DNA from: an uncultured bacterium
Lineage (GTDB): Bacteria; Chlamydiota; Chlamydiia; Chlamydiales; Rhabdochlamydiaceae
NCBI GenBank assembly: GCA_964397905.1
Contig: CAYNKV010000001.1
Coordinates: 89-64,088 of the forward strand
DNA: 64,000 nt
Direction: 5' to 3'
Shown one piece after another: positions 18,179 to 30,100 of this stretch. Each line of letters starts with the position of its first letter. Position 1 is the stretch's first letter. The translations under genes and the position numbers were made by a program. The notes below the pieces were generated by a model. That model was not told the DNA's origin. It saw nothing but the letters and a program-made list of their open reading frames with translations, and did not search any database.

Positions 18179-20752
18179 TCAAGGTTTGTTCTGGATGGTG
18201 TGTAGGCGGATCGCTTCTAACAGCTGATCGGTTTTTAAGGGGTCGAAGCCTCCTGCTTGGGCGCTATCAGCGCGACCTCCTCCTGCTCCCCCCACCGAGG
18301 GGACTGCTTTTTGGATGATGGCGGCAGCGTTAATTCCTTGATGAGTGAGCTGGGGGGAAACTTTAAGAAGAAGGTGGCTTCCTTCGCTGGAGGCTACGGC
18401 AACTATGGAGGGAGTGGAAAGTTGGAGGGCAATCTCTTGAGCAAGGAGGGGGAGCTCTTCTCTTCGGAGTGGAGCGCGGATAGCAAGGAAGAGGTGGGAT
18501 TCTCTATTTTCAGCAGTGGCTATCGACGATCTAGCGATCTCTTTAAGCAGTTTTTTGCTGGTCTCCTGAAGGAGCTCTTCTATCTTTCTTTTTTCTTCTA
18601 TCTGGAGTCTCATTTTTGCTTCGAGCTGATCTTTTTCTTTCTGAGCAAAAAGTTCTGCTTCTCTGCCTGTGCATGCTTCGATCCTTCTGACTCCTGCAGA
18701 TATGCTCGCTTCTTTGGTGATCCGGAAATAGCCTATGGTTCCAGTCTGCTCTGTATGGGTTCCTCCGCAAAGTTCTTTCGAATTTTCTAGGTCGACCACT
18801 CGGACGATGGGGCCATACTTATCTCCAAAGAATTGTTTGATATCTGCCCTTTTTTCTGCTTCTTCATAGGGAAGGAGGTAGGTGGCTACTTTGCTGTTGT
18901 TGCGTATCTGCTGGTTTACTAGCTTTTCGATTTTTTCGATCTCTTCAGGGGAAATGGGGCGATGGTAGTTGAAGTCGAAGCGAATTTTGGAGTCATCTAG
19001 ATGGGATCCTGCCTGTCGCACCTCTGCTCCTAAGATGGTGCCAAGGGCCGAGTGAAGTAGATGGGTAGCGGTATGGTTGTTTTGAATCGCTCTGCGTCGC
19101 TCCAGGTCTATGGCTGCTTCCACCTGATCTCCCACATGCAAGACTCCTTCGGTAGAGCGGCCTATGTGAGCAATGATGGAGGGATAGGGTAGTGTGCAGT
19201 TGCTTACTTCAAAGCGATTATCCTTCTGGCTGATGGTTCCATGATCTCCTTGCTGACCTCCCCTTTCTGCATAAAAGGGAGTTCTTTTCAAGATGAGGAT
19301 GCCCTCTTCTCCTGAGGAGATGTTGGGGACCATCTTTCCCTCTACCACTATTGCTGCTATGGTCGTTTCTGTTTGGCTTAATTCGTAGCCGACAAATTCA
19401 GGTGCTGGGTGACTAGAGAGAAATTTTTGATATTCTGCATGGGAGTCTGGGTGAGAAGTTTTCGATTTTTTCGAGAGGTTCCGCGCTTCCTCTTCAAGGA
19501 TATGAAATCCTTTCTCGTCGACCTGGAGCTGATTATCTTTAGCTATAAGGAGTATCTCTTCTAGGGGGAATCCATAGGTGTCTTTAAGTTTAAATGCTTC
19601 TGTAGCGCTGATGCTCTGCTCTGCTCTGCTTTTTCCCTCTTCTATCACAAGGCTGAGGAGATTCCCCCCCCTTTTAAGGGTGCGGAAGAAAGATTCTTCT
19701 TCTCTAGTGAGAAGGTCGCAGATATGGCTTTGAGCCGCTTTAAGCTCTGGATAATCGTCCCCCATGATGGCGATTAGTGTGGGGACGAGTTGTGCTAGAA
19801 AAGGTTCATGAATTCCTATCGATTTCCCCTGGCGTACGGCACGTCTGAGGAGTTTGCGGACAAGATAGCCTCGCTCGTTATTGCTTGGTTCTATTCCATC
19901 GGCGATAGCAAAGGAGAGGGAGCGTATATGGTCGGCAATGATGTTGAATGCGATGGAGCTCTTTTCTCGGTTATAGGGGATCTGGGCAATCGTTTCGATA
20001 GCGGCAATAAGGGGTCTGAGGAGGTCTGTTAAGAAAATGTTGTCTAGATCCATCTTCAGCGCGACGATTCGCTCAAGGCCGCACCCGGTATCGATCGATC
20101 GATGGGGAAGGGGGGTTAAGCTTCCATCCTCATTGCGGTTAAACTGCATGAAGACGAGGTTCCAAAATTCTACGTAGCGCACTCCCTCGGGATCGATCGA
20201 AGAGGCAGAGCCATATTTGGGTCCGCGGTCGTAGTAGAGCTCAGAGCAGGGGCCGCAGGGGCCTACCTCTCCCATAGACCAAAAGTTGTCTTTCTCATCC
20301 ATCCGGACGATTCGTCTTTCGGGAACCTTTTTTTTCCATAGTTCAAATGCTTCTTCATCGTTCCGAAAGATGGTGACCCAAATCTGTTCAGCGCTGAATT
20401 CAAACAGATTGAGGGTGACTTCCCAGGCAAACTGGATCGCCTCCTCCTTAAAATAGTCTCCAAAGGAGAAATTTCCCATCATTTCGAAGAAGGTCAGGTG
20501 GCGGTTGGTGTGACCTATTTGATCTAAATCGTTATGTTTGCCTCCTGCTCGCATACATTTTTGCACGGTAGATACTCTTCTATAGTTGCGGCTGCCAGTT
20601 CCTAAGAAAAGGTCTTTGAATTGATTCATTCCAGAGTTAGTGAAGAGGAGGGAAGGGTCGTCGATAGGCAGTAGAGAGGAGGAGGGCAGGATGAGATGCT
20701 GCTGCTCTCTAAAATAGGCCAAAAATCGATTTCGTATCTGCTGAGACAACAT
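18179..20752 (-). CDS. alaS: Alanine--tRNA ligase
   Basis: LLFTNSGMNQFK, HLTFFEMMGNFSFGDYFK, NHTATHLLH, ELCGGTH. Confidence 0.98.
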   Translation of the reverse strand: MLSQQIRNRFLAYFREQQHLILPSSSLLPIDDPSLLFTNSGMNQFKDLFLGTGSRNYRRVSTVQKCMRAGGKHNDLDQIGHTNRHLTFFEMMGNFSFGDYFKEEAIQFAWEVTLNLFEFSAEQIWVTIFRNDEEAFELWKKKVPERRIVRMDEKDNFWSMGEVGPCGPCSELYYDRGPKYGSASSIDPEGVRYVEFWNLVFMQFNRNEDGSLTPLPHRSIDTGCGLERIVALKMDLDNIFLTDLLRPLIAAIETIAQIPYNREKSSIAFNIIADHIRSLSFAIADGIEPSNNERGYLVRKLLRRAVRQGKSIGIHEPFLAQLVPTLIAIMGDDYPELKAAQSHICDLLTREEESFFRTLKRGGNLLSLVIEEGKSRAEQSISATEAFKLKDTYGFPLEEILLIAKDNQLQVDEKGFHILEEEARNLSKKSKTSHPDSHAEYQKFLSSHPAPEFVGYELSQTETTIAAIVVEGKMVPNISSGEEGILILKRTPFYAERGGQQGDHGTISQKDNRFEVSNCTLPYPSIIAHIGRSTEGVLHVGDQVEAAIDLERRRAIQNNHTATHLLHSALGTILGAEVRQAGSHLDDSKIRFDFNYHRPISPEEIEKIEKLVNQQIRNNSKVATYLLPYEEAEKRADIKQFFGDKYGPIVRVVDLENSKELCGGTHTEQTGTIGYFRITKEASISAGVRRIEACTGREAELFAQKEKDQLEAKMRLQIEEKRKIEELLQETSKKLLKEIARSSIATAENRESHLFLAIRAPLRREELPLLAQEIALQLSTPSIVAVASSEGSHLLLKVSPQLTHQGINAAAIIQKAVPSVGGAGGGRADSAQAGGFDPLKTDQLLEAIRLHTIQNKP

Positions 20753-20860
20753 AAAATATGAATGGGAGTATAAGTTAATGGGACGGAATTTAGGAAGTGA
20801 TTATTTTTTGTCCAAGCAGAAAAAGGAGAATAGAGCTACGATAGCGAAAAGGAATTGTTT

Positions 20861-22858
20861 ATGTACAATGATTCATTAAGACAGCAGCTTCAGAAAATAG
20901 CTGACACGATACGTGCTCTTTCTATCGATGCGATCCAAAAAGCGGAGTCGGGTCATCCAGGGCTTCCCATGGGGTGTGCAGAGCTCGCTGCCTATCTATA
21001 TGGTCTACTTTTGCGTTACAATCCGAAGAATCCTCGTTGGATCAATAGAGATCGTTTTATTCTTTCTGCAGGGCATGGATCTATGTTGCTCTACTCCTCT
21101 CTTCATTTGGCCGGCTTTGATCTCTCTATGGAAGATATTAAGCGGTTTCGTCAGTGGGGTTCGTCGACGCCAGGTCATCCGGAATTCTCTCTTAAAAGCG
21201 GTGTCGAGGCAACAACGGGACCTTTGGGGCAGGGGGTGGGTAATGCAGTAGGGCAAGCGCTCGCTTTGAAGATGTTGGCAGCTCGGTTCAATAGAGAGGG
21301 GAGGGTTCTTTTCAGTAATACTGTCTACTGTCTTGCTGGTGATGGTTGTATGATGGAGGGGGTCTCTTCTGAGGCAGCCTCTTTGGCGGGACATTTGCGG
21401 CTCGACAACCTAGTGCTGATCTATGATGCGAATGCTGTCTCTCTCGATGGTCCTCTTTCAGAATCTTTTTCCGAAGATGTAGAGATGCGTTATCGCTCCT
21501 ATGGGTGGGAGGTGTATCAGATCGACGGCCATGATTTTGATCAAATCGATCAGGTTTTCAGAGAAATTGGTCTCAAGAAGAGGGTCGCGCCCAGTTTACT
21601 CATCATGCGCACTATCATCGGCAAGGGAGCTGCGGCGGGTTCCGGAACGCATAAGATCCATGGAGCTCCTCTTGGAGCTGATGGGGTAGTGGCAACGAAG
21701 AAATTGCTGGGGCTTCCTCAGGATGATTTTTTTGTTCTTCCTTCCATATATGATTTTTTTGCTAATAGAGCTCGCAAGGGGGCATTATTGGAGGCAGAGT
21801 GGACCCATACTTTTAATGAATGGCGAAAGGAGGATCTAGAGGGAGCCAAGGAGTGGGATAGGATGGTTTCCAAGGAGATCCCTTCTGATTTGGAAGAGAA
21901 GCTTGCTCAGGTTCAGATTTCTTCTTCCTCTTCAGGTCGTCGTATTTCTCAGCAGCTGCTCGAATCTTTGGCAGAAGAGTTACCCGCTTTATGTGGCGGT
22001 TCCGCAGATCTTTCTAGTTCCGACATGACTATGATGAAGCAGTTTCCGATCATCTCTTCCGATAATTTTAAGGGTCGCAATATTAAGTATGGGGTGAGGG
22101 AATTTGCTATGGCAACGATTGCCAATGGGTTAGCCCAGAGTGGAATGTTTATTCCTTTTATAGGAACTTTTCTCACTTTTTCTGATTATATGCGAGGTGC
22201 GATCCGTCTGGCAGCTTTGAGTCATCTTCAGGTGATCTATCAATTTACCCATGACTCTATCTTTGTAGGAGAAGATGGTCCTACGCATCAACCTGTAGAG
22301 CAGTTAGCCGCACTTCGAGCGATTCCTCATCTTCAGGTGATACGTCCTGCAGATCATCATGAAGTAAAGATGGCTTGGTTGGCTGCCCTTCGTTATCAAG
22401 GTCCTACTGCTTTGATTCTTTCCCGACAGGCGGTAAGAGAGTTAGAAAAAACAGATCTCTCCTATGAGGAGGGGATGGGTCGTGGTGGGTATATCGTAAG
22501 GAAAGAGAGGAATTCTATTCCCGACTACACTTTTTTTGCTACTGGATCTGAACTGGCTCTTGCTCTCGATGTGGCTACCGTTCTCGAAGAGAGTGGTAAA
22601 GAGGTGCGTGTGGTTTCTATGCCATGTTGGGAAATTTTTGAGAGACAGTCTAAAGAGTATTGCCAAGAGGTAATAGGAAAGGTGGGAAGTAAGCGGGTGA
22701 GTATCGAAGCGGCCGCAAGCTTTGGATGGCATAAGTGGATTGGATCGGATGGGCTTGCAATAGCTGTCGACTCTTTTGGAGCTTCCGCTCCAGCAGGCAG
22801 GCTGGCTGCCGAGTTTGGCTTTACTATAGATACGATATTGGTTCGCCTGTTGGGATGA
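20861..22858 (+). CDS. tkt: Transketolase
   Basis: SGHPG, RDRFILSAGH, GDGCMMEG, THDSIFVGEDGPTHQP; exact start uncertain. Confidence 0.97.
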   Translation: MYNDSLRQQLQKIADTIRALSIDAIQKAESGHPGLPMGCAELAAYLYGLLLRYNPKNPRWINRDRFILSAGHGSMLLYSSLHLAGFDLSMEDIKRFRQWGSSTPGHPEFSLKSGVEATTGPLGQGVGNAVGQALALKMLAARFNREGRVLFSNTVYCLAGDGCMMEGVSSEAASLAGHLRLDNLVLIYDANAVSLDGPLSESFSEDVEMRYRSYGWEVYQIDGHDFDQIDQVFREIGLKKRVAPSLLIMRTIIGKGAAAGSGTHKIHGAPLGADGVVATKKLLGLPQDDFFVLPSIYDFFANRARKGALLEAEWTHTFNEWRKEDLEGAKEWDRMVSKEIPSDLEEKLAQVQISSSSSGRRISQQLLESLAEELPALCGGSADLSSSDMTMMKQFPIISSDNFKGRNIKYGVREFAMATIANGLAQSGMFIPFIGTFLTFSDYMRGAIRLAALSHLQVIYQFTHDSIFVGEDGPTHQPVEQLAALRAIPHLQVIRPADHHEVKMAWLAALRYQGPTALILSRQAVRELEKTDLSYEEGMGRGGYIVRKERNSIPDYTFFATGSELALALDVATVLEESGKEVRVVSMPCWEIFERQSKEYCQEVIGKVGSKRVSIEAAASFGWHKWIGSDGLAIAVDSFGASAPAGRLAAEFGFTIDTILVRLLG

Positions 22859-22949
22859 TTTTTTTGAAAGAGAGTAGTATTGCTTTTTTCCTTTTCCAAA
22901 AGAGTTGGATTGCCCTATCTTAACTTTGAGTTCTAACCTTTGGTGTAGT

Positions 22950-23516
22950 ATGAAAAGCTGTTCTGCTTTTTTAGTTCCAGGCTATAGATGGATATCCGAG
23001 AGCGCACTGCTCCTTTTTGGCTCTCTTTTTCTTGGAATATTTGCTCATATAAAATTTTATTTGCCTTTTATTCCTGTTCCTGTAGCTATCGCTCCTCAGC
23101 TTGTTTTAGTGTTGGGGGTGATTTTGGGGAAAAGTCGTGGTGCATGGCTTGTTTTACTCTACCTTATAGAGGGGATATCGGGACTGCCTGTTTTTGCTGG
23201 GGGCGGAGGAATTTTTTATTTAATGGGACCGACGGCTGGCTACTTGTTAGGCTATCTTCCCGCTGTTTATCTGGTTGGCTATCTTGCCGAAAGGAGTGAT
23301 CGAAGAGCTTCTTCCATTTTTTGGTCTATGATGGCGGGAAATGGGCTGATTTTGCTATTAGGCTGGGTGCATCTCTCTTTTTTAATTGGATGGAAGGGCG
23401 CTTTTCTGCTAGGAGTGGTGCCATTTCTTCTTATCGATGGAATAAAGACGCTTCTATTTCATCAGCTTCTCTTTAGAAAAGGAGACACAATCCTTCTCCC
23501 TAGAGATTATCTCTAG
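22950..23516 (+). CDS. bioY: Biotin transporter BioY
   Basis: LPFIPVP, YLIEGISGLPVFAGG, GPTAGYLLG. Confidence 0.9.
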   Translation: MKSCSAFLVPGYRWISESALLLFGSLFLGIFAHIKFYLPFIPVPVAIAPQLVLVLGVILGKSRGAWLVLLYLIEGISGLPVFAGGGGIFYLMGPTAGYLLGYLPAVYLVGYLAERSDRRASSIFWSMMAGNGLILLLGWVHLSFLIGWKGAFLLGVVPFLLIDGIKTLLFHQLLFRKGDTILLPRDYL

Positions 23517-23528
23517 AGAGAAAGGATT
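23489..23528. terminator. Inverted repeat between convergent bioY and dnaK
   Basis: AATCCTTCTCCCTAGAGA..TCTCTAGAGAGAAAGGATT near-palindrome. Confidence 0.55.
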
Positions 23529-23536
23529 TGGCCATT

Positions 23537-25429
23537 CTACTTTTTGTTGTCGTCTATAATCTCTACTTCTGCATCGGGAATATCTGGCTTTCCTGGGTTC
23601 GGATTGCTGTTTCCTCCCTTTTGAAGCGCTTCGCCAATCTTCTGTAAAAAGCTGTTGAGCTCATTAGAAGCGTTCTGGATTGCTCCGATATCGGAAGAGG
23701 AGAGTGCTTTTTTCAACTCGTCTATCCGTTGCTGAATATCGGACACGAGCGATTCAGGCAGCTTTGCTTTATGTTCATCGACGCTTTTTTGGGCGCGAAA
23801 AAGAAGAGAGTCGGCTTCATTGCGCGTCTCGATCTCCTCTTTTTTCTTTTTGTCCTCTTCAGCATGCTCTTCAGCATCTTTGAGCATCCGCTCTATCTCT
23901 TTTTCTGAAAGTCCCGACTTGGCCTCAATCTTTATTTTCTGCTCTTTTCCGCTCTGCATATCTTTTGCAGAGACGTGAAGAATTCCGTTCGCATCGATGT
24001 CAAATGCGACCTCTATTTGCGGGATGCCGCGAGGAGCGGGAGGGATGTCGGTTAGGTCGAATCGACCGATCTCTTTATTGTCTCGCGCCATTTTTCGCTC
24101 CCCTTGGGTCACTACGATAGTGACGGCAGGCTGATTGTCGGCAGCTGTAGAAAAGAGCTGCTTTTTTTGCGTCGGGATCGTGGTATTCCGTTCCACAATT
24201 GCCGTTGAGACTCCTCCTAAGGTTTCTATGCCTAAAGTGAGAGGAATTACATCGAGGAGAAGGAGATCTTTGACATCTCCAGATAATACACCTGCCTGGA
24301 TTGCGGCACCAATCGCTACCACTTCATCAGGATTTACTCCTTTATGTGGCTCACGCCCAAAGATCTTCTCGACCTGTCGCTGCACCGCAGGCATACGTGT
24401 CATTCCTCCTACTAGAATCACTACGTCGATCTTTTCTTTGGGAAGTCCAGCATCTTTTAATGCTTTCTCGCAAGGAGATAGGGTCCGTTCTATAAGAGAG
24501 TGGGTAAGTTTTTCTAAATTAGCTCGTGTCAAAGCAAGGCTAAGATGTTTAGGACCAGAACTATCCACCGAGATGAAAGGCTGGTTGATCTCTGTAGATT
24601 GAGTTCCCGAAAGTTCTATTTTTGCTTTTTCAGCAGCATCTCTTAATCTTTGAAGAGCCATTTTATCTTTGCTTAGATCTATCCCATGCTCTTTTTTAAA
24701 TTCATCCAACATCCAGTGAAGGATCAAGTTGTCAAAATCATCTCCCCCCAGATGGGTGTCTCCATTGGTGGCCAGCACTTCAAAGACGCCACCCCCAACC
24801 TCTAGGATCGAAACGTCAAAAGTTCCTCCTCCTAGGTCAAAGACAGCTATCTTTTTATCCCCTTCTTTATCAAATCCATAAGCAAGCGCTGCAGCGGTTG
24901 GTTCCGGAATAATTCGTTTTACTTCAAGACCCGCAATTCGCCCCGCATCTTTTGTCGATTGTCTTTGTGAGTCGTTGAAATAGGCAGGGACGGTGATTAC
25001 TGCTTCCGTTACTGGCTCTCCAAGGTATGCTTCTGCGGTTTCTTTCATCTTGATAAGCACTTGAGCACCTACCTCTTCTGGGGTAACTATCTTTCCATCG
25101 ATTTCTAATACGGCATCTCCATTGGAATTTTTGGTCACTTTATAAGGCACTGTTTTAATTTCGTCTTGAACCTCACTAAATTTCCTGCCAATAAATCTTT
25201 TGGCTGATGCGATTGTTTTTTCTGGGTTCATCACCGCCTGTCTTTTAGCAGGAACCCCGACGATTCGCTCGTCACTTTTGTAGGCAACTACCGATGGGGT
25301 GGTCCTTCCTCCCTCTGCATTAGGAATAACTACGGGAGAGGTGCCTTCTAAAATTGCAACACATGAATTGGTGGTTCCTAAGTCGATCCCAATGATCTTG
25401 CCTTTGCTTTTGCCTTCTTTTTTACTCAT
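23537..25429 (-). CDS. dnaK: Chaperone DnaK
   Basis: [30 protein letters not shown]. Confidence 0.99.
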   Translation of the reverse strand: MSKKEGKSKGKIIGIDLGTTNSCVAILEGTSPVVIPNAEGGRTTPSVVAYKSDERIVGVPAKRQAVMNPEKTIASAKRFIGRKFSEVQDEIKTVPYKVTKNSNGDAVLEIDGKIVTPEEVGAQVLIKMKETAEAYLGEPVTEAVITVPAYFNDSQRQSTKDAGRIAGLEVKRIIPEPTAAALAYGFDKEGDKKIAVFDLGGGTFDVSILEVGGGVFEVLATNGDTHLGGDDFDNLILHWMLDEFKKEHGIDLSKDKMALQRLRDAAEKAKIELSGTQSTEINQPFISVDSSGPKHLSLALTRANLEKLTHSLIERTLSPCEKALKDAGLPKEKIDVVILVGGMTRMPAVQRQVEKIFGREPHKGVNPDEVVAIGAAIQAGVLSGDVKDLLLLDVIPLTLGIETLGGVSTAIVERNTTIPTQKKQLFSTAADNQPAVTIVVTQGERKMARDNKEIGRFDLTDIPPAPRGIPQIEVAFDIDANGILHVSAKDMQSGKEQKIKIEAKSGLSEKEIERMLKDAEEHAEEDKKKKEEIETRNEADSLLFRAQKSVDEHKAKLPESLVSDIQQRIDELKKALSSSDIGAIQNASNELNSFLQKIGEALQKGGNSNPNPGKPDIPDAEVEIIDDNKK

Positions 25430-25928
25430 CGTTTGCTTCTCCTATTATTTTTTTTGCTACCTTGACACGGGCAGGACGAATGATCCGATTTCCGCATCGA
25501 TAGCCTTTGTCAAACTCTTTAATCACGGTTCCTTCAGGAAGGGAGCTATTTTCTTCCATCTCAACTGCTTCATGCTCTTCAGGATTAAATAGCTTTCCTT
25601 CGGAATGGAAGGAAGAGATACCATGCTCCGTTAAAATCTCCTTAAATTGCTCTAGAATCATACGGAAACCGAGAGCCCATTGATTTATTTCATGAGAGGT
25701 TTTGTCAGAATGGCTCAACGCATTTTCAAACTGGTCAATAGGTTTGATGATTTCTATAAGCAAACGTTCTTTAGCAAAACGGACCGACTCCTGTTTTTCT
25801 TTCTGCATTCGCTTTCGGCTATTTTCGATTTCAGCGAGCATCCGTAAATATTTGTCTTTATAATCGACTGCCTCTTCTCTATTTTCTTGGGGCGGATCGA
25901 TCTTTTCTATCGCTTCTTCTAGATCCAT
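25422..25928 (-). CDS. grpE: Nucleotide exchange factor GrpE
   Basis: [31 protein letters not shown]. Confidence 0.96.
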   Translation of the reverse strand: MDLEEAIEKIDPPQENREEAVDYKDKYLRMLAEIENSRKRMQKEKQESVRFAKERLLIEIIKPIDQFENALSHSDKTSHEINQWALGFRMILEQFKEILTEHGISSFHSEGKLFNPEEHEAVEMEENSSLPEGTVIKEFDKGYRCGNRIIRPARVKVAKKIIGEANDE

Positions 25929-25943
25929 AATGCTATTCCTTAG

Positions 25944-27074
25944 TTAGTTTAATTCCTTATCTCTTAAGCTGCTTTTTGTTTTTTTATTGTTTTCTAGTAG
26001 CAACCCTGCTATCGATAGCGCTCCTGATGACTTAAAAGAGATCTTGAATTTATATAAGCTGCGAGTGAGAGAGTCGCTGACGGTTGCTGCTACCGTTTCC
26101 AAGAGAGCAAAAAGCTTGCGGTAGTTAATGCGAATAGGGGCTAATAGTGCTATCGATCCCACAATGCTTTGATGGATTTTGTAGGGTATTGCCAGCACAG
26201 CACACCCCTCAAGCCTTCCTCCTATCCAATAGCTTAACTTACCATTCTGTCCAGACTCTTTTAAGAGAGAGCGCACCAGCTCCTGATTTTCGAAGAGAGA
26301 TAATCCATCTGCTAGAGCAGAGGCTTCGTTAAAGTCAGTGTAAGATAAAAGCTTCGAAAATCCGCTCTTGTACATCTCTTCTACGGAAAACTGGGTGTGG
26401 TTGATTAAATAACGGAGCATCGTTTCGCTGTAGAGCCGGGTGGCTAACTGCTCTTCCTCTTCTGATAAAATAGGTAGGTTGCCCTGGTTGAGCTTCCAGA
26501 GAAAAAAATCTTCTATTTTTTTTAGGTTCTGGCTGTCAATTTTTTTTTCTGCATACAAAATTTCGATATGAATGGTTCCAAGATCGGTCTTTACAATAGA
26601 AAGAAGACGATTCTGATCTATGGAGACCAGTTGTATATGAAGAATATTGCCTTGGTGGAAGCGCGGAGCAGAGAGAAATGTTGCGCATTTGCTATGTTCG
26701 CTTACAATCTCCACAATCGACTGAAGATAATTGCCTAGTGCCTCTGTTTCTCTACATAGCTGCGCCTCGATTTTCTTCTTTTGCTCCTCCTCGAACGATG
26801 AGGGGAGAAGAGCGCAATGATGTGCATAGAGTTGAAATGCCGCAGAGGTGGGGTAGCGGCCACCCGAGGAGTGGTGCTGTTTAAGAAAGCCCTCCTCTTC
26901 CAGCTTGGCAAAATAGTTGCGAATGGTGGCAGAACTTAAGGAAGCCAATCCATTCTGTTGCAAGGTCTGAGAACTTACCGGCTTTCCGCTCTCTATATAG
27001 AGTTCGGTCAGACTGAGTAATACTCGCCTTTCCCTCTCCTCCTTAGGCTGTTTTCTCTCCACTAAGCTTCTCAT
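25944..27074 (-). CDS. hrcA: Heat-inducible transcription repressor HrcA
   Basis: YIESGKPVSS, SSATIRNYFAKLEEEGFL..H.SGGR.PT; start moved to ATG 27074 because the promoter lies within the longer ORF. Confidence 0.93.
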   Translation of the reverse strand: MRSLVERKQPKEERERRVLLSLTELYIESGKPVSSQTLQQNGLASLSSATIRNYFAKLEEEGFLKQHHSSGGRYPTSAAFQLYAHHCALLPSSFEEEQKKKIEAQLCRETEALGNYLQSIVEIVSEHSKCATFLSAPRFHQGNILHIQLVSIDQNRLLSIVKTDLGTIHIEILYAEKKIDSQNLKKIEDFFLWKLNQGNLPILSEEEEQLATRLYSETMLRYLINHTQFSVEEMYKSGFSKLLSYTDFNEASALADGLSLFENQELVRSLLKESGQNGKLSYWIGGRLEGCAVLAIPYKIHQSIVGSIALLAPIRINYRKLFALLETVAATVSDSLTRSLYKFKISFKSSGALSIAGLLLENNKKTKSSLRDKELN

Positions 27075-27081
27075 GCCAGCC

Positions 27082-27110
27082 ATTATAAGTGGAGACCGAA
27101 GAAAAGGCAA
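27082..27110 (-). promoter_or_regulatory. Sigma66-type promoter of hrcA-grpE-dnaK
   Basis: TTGCCT (27110-27105), 17-nt spacer, TATAAT (27087-27082). Confidence 0.8.
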
Positions 27111-27116
27111 CATAAT

Positions 27117-27143
27117 TTAGCATTCTTTGCTAGAGAGTGCTAA
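27117..27143. promoter_or_regulatory. CIRCE operator
   Basis: TTAGCATTC-N9-GAGTGCTAA, one mismatch to TTAGCACTC-N9-GAGTGCTAA, just upstream of the -35. Confidence 0.95.
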
Positions 27144-27174
27144 TAAACAACAAAAGCTTTTGATATATAACTTG

Positions 27175-30100
27175 TTAAGAGTGTAAGAAGGCGGCGTCCC
27201 GAGCAATATTGGGCAGCATATCGACAATAGAGGGGGACCAGGAGATCCCTTTTTTATAGACGATTCTTTGTGCAAGAGAGCAGGCTATGATCGCCTTTTT
27301 ATGAAGGTCTGGAAGCTTTTCCACTACCTGATCAGCATATTTTTTTCTAAGCAGGGGAGGCAGATGCTGGAAAAGCAGCTCCATCAACGGGTCCTGCTTA
27401 TCTTGGGAGAGTTTAATTTTTTCTAAGTAGCCATATATTTCGTCGGTATATAGATTGATCCGTTCTGAGATCTGATCAGATATATCGGTAAGAAAAGCGG
27501 AGCCATGCATCGAGAGGAGGAGCTTTGCTTCCTCTGCAGATCGTGCCTCGATGATGGCGATGATCTCTTTTACTAGCTCGCTCTTTTCTTGGGCAAACTC
27601 TGTTTCCGATAATACTAGGTTGGAGAGCACCTCATAAGAGGAGCAGATCACCCCACCCTTATTGGCAGAGCTATCTTTGATGATGATCACTCCGAGCTGT
27701 TCCAGTTTGCGGCGCGCTCCTGGAGAAAGATATAAATTTCCCCCTTCGACGATCGCTTTTGAGGTAGCTTTTCCCTCTTTGTCGAGGAACTCTTGGTAAT
27801 TTTCTTCATTAAGGGTGAAGGGGCGCCCTCCTCCTGGAATGAAGATCTCTGCCTTTGCTTGGTGTACTGTAGTGCGTAGCAGATGGTTCATCTCATTTCC
27901 AGAGATCCATCTAGAAATCAGCTTTCCTCCTTGTTTATGCATCAAGAGCGCCTCCTCTTGATAGCTTCCCTGTTTTTGTCTTTGGGTGGTATCGAGAAGA
28001 TAGCCACCCTCAGATAGTCGCTCTGCTGGATAGAACCGGATTGGTCGACTTTCTCGAAACAGTTGATAGGTTATCGAAAGGTCGACGCCCTCTGGGTCGA
28101 AGAGGGTGCCTGAAACGTCAATGGTTGCTACTAGCTTACCGTTTTGGGGAAAGAAGCGATAGAGGTTGCAGATCTGATTTCCCGCTACATCTCCATCAGG
28201 TCCTCCGCTCATTTTTATGGTAAACCGATTTTTATGGGGGTCGATATGAAGAAACTTTAACACCTCCTCCATGTAGATGTTAACCCCTCTCGAGGTGACG
28301 CCAAACTCTTTATGGTTGATGCCCGATTCTGGATGGCTCGACATAAAAGAGCGGCCAGGAAGATAGCCAGAGTGAGTCGCATAGCGGCAGATCCATCGAA
28401 TCATCTCGTTCTCCATATTTTCGTCAGGGCCCAGATAGATATATTCGGGCTTCCCATAATAGTCGACGATCTGATCTGCTTTCAGCTTGCCATCACTATC
28501 GCAGTTGACGAGAGAAAGCATGCTTTCGATATAGGAGCGTTGTGCTTGGTAGAGACACTCCTTTTTCACTCCTTTTTTAAATTGCTGAACCCTCTCTTCT
28601 ACTCCTTCTACGTTTGCCTCTAAAAGCTCGTGGCGATAAATCAGCTCTTCTCTCTGGAGCGTTTCGAACGCTTTAAGAAGAATGATCCCCTTGGCACCTC
28701 CCTCTGGAATATCTTTATTCTTTTTTTGCTGTGTGTAGGCTAAGTTATAGCATTCTAGCAAAAGCTTATCCCTATCGGAGCGATATCGCTCCTCTTCCTC
28801 TGGGAGAACCGTCCGCAATCCTCCTCGCGCAAGTTCGCGGAATCGGATATGGAAGCCGATGAAGTGGACCCCCTTGAAAAAAAAGAGGGCAAAGGGAGTT
28901 TCTGGAAACAGTTTTTTATCAGGTAGCTGCTCTAAATATCGGGGATCGATCCGAAAAGAGAGGGCGCTCTTTTTGTTTCTATAAAAATTATTTTTAAGAG
29001 AGAAATCGACAAAGTAGAGTCCCTGCATCAGGATCGTTTTGCGTCGCATATCGTCATCGCTTTGTCCCGTGTCGATCCTCTTTATGGAGGTGAGAAACTC
29101 CTCTTTAATCTCCTCATAAAGAGAGAGATTATTTTTCTTAGGGTGAAACTTTGCCTCAAAAGCTTTGGTTAATAGCCTACTTAGCTCAGGATGTCTGCAG
29201 AGTGCCTCTTCGACGAGAGCAAAAGAGTAGAGGTAGCGGTTACTCCTCGATAGTCCCTGATGAATAAAGTGAGCCATCGCTTTAAGCAGGTTGCCCAAAT
29301 TTCCGCTAACATAGCCATTTTCTACTAGACGACGCTCTATCTCTTCTTGCCCTTGGAAACATTTGATCATCATTAGTTCCTGAATAAAGTCGTCCAACTC
29401 CGCTGTTTCCCACGCACTCTTTCCCTCAATTCCACGAAGGCCTAAAGAGATGAGAAAGATATTTTTCTCTCCATAAGGGTCTATGTAGGTTGCGCAGAGC
29501 TGAGTGAATGTGAGCCGATGTCGCTCGACTATACGGGCGAGCTGAAAAAGGAAGTCATGTTTTGGAACATTACTCCATGCAAGAATAATCTGAAGAGAGG
29601 CAGCCCCCTCTTCTTGCTCCATCTCTAGTTGGCAACTATCTGCCTCTTCTGCACGAAAAAGAAGATCAAAGGCGAACACTTTCTCTTCTTTAGTGAGCGA
29701 ACGAAGAAAACGACCATCAACTTTTGGGGCCATCTCTAGAAACCGCTCTCTGCTGATAGATGCATTACGTTTCAGCAGCAAAGGCAACAGCTCTTTGCTT
29801 AATTGTTCAGGGTCATTCGCCTCCCTCTTTTCGTTCACCTGGGTGAAGTAGATGATGGCGATTCTAAGAGGGGAGCTCACTTTGGGGAAGGGAGGTGGCG
29901 CATTAGAAAGGAAGGTTTTATAATATTTAATCCCGCGCGATCGATATTTTCTTAAGATCGAAAGATCTGCTTCTCGACCCTCCAAACAGAGTGCAACCGC
30001 TCTATCTTTAAACTGCAGATGGGATAAATAGCCTTGGATTTCTAATCCCATCAGAGCATCTACGATGAAAAAGATCGTCTCTGGATCTACCTCTTCGAAA

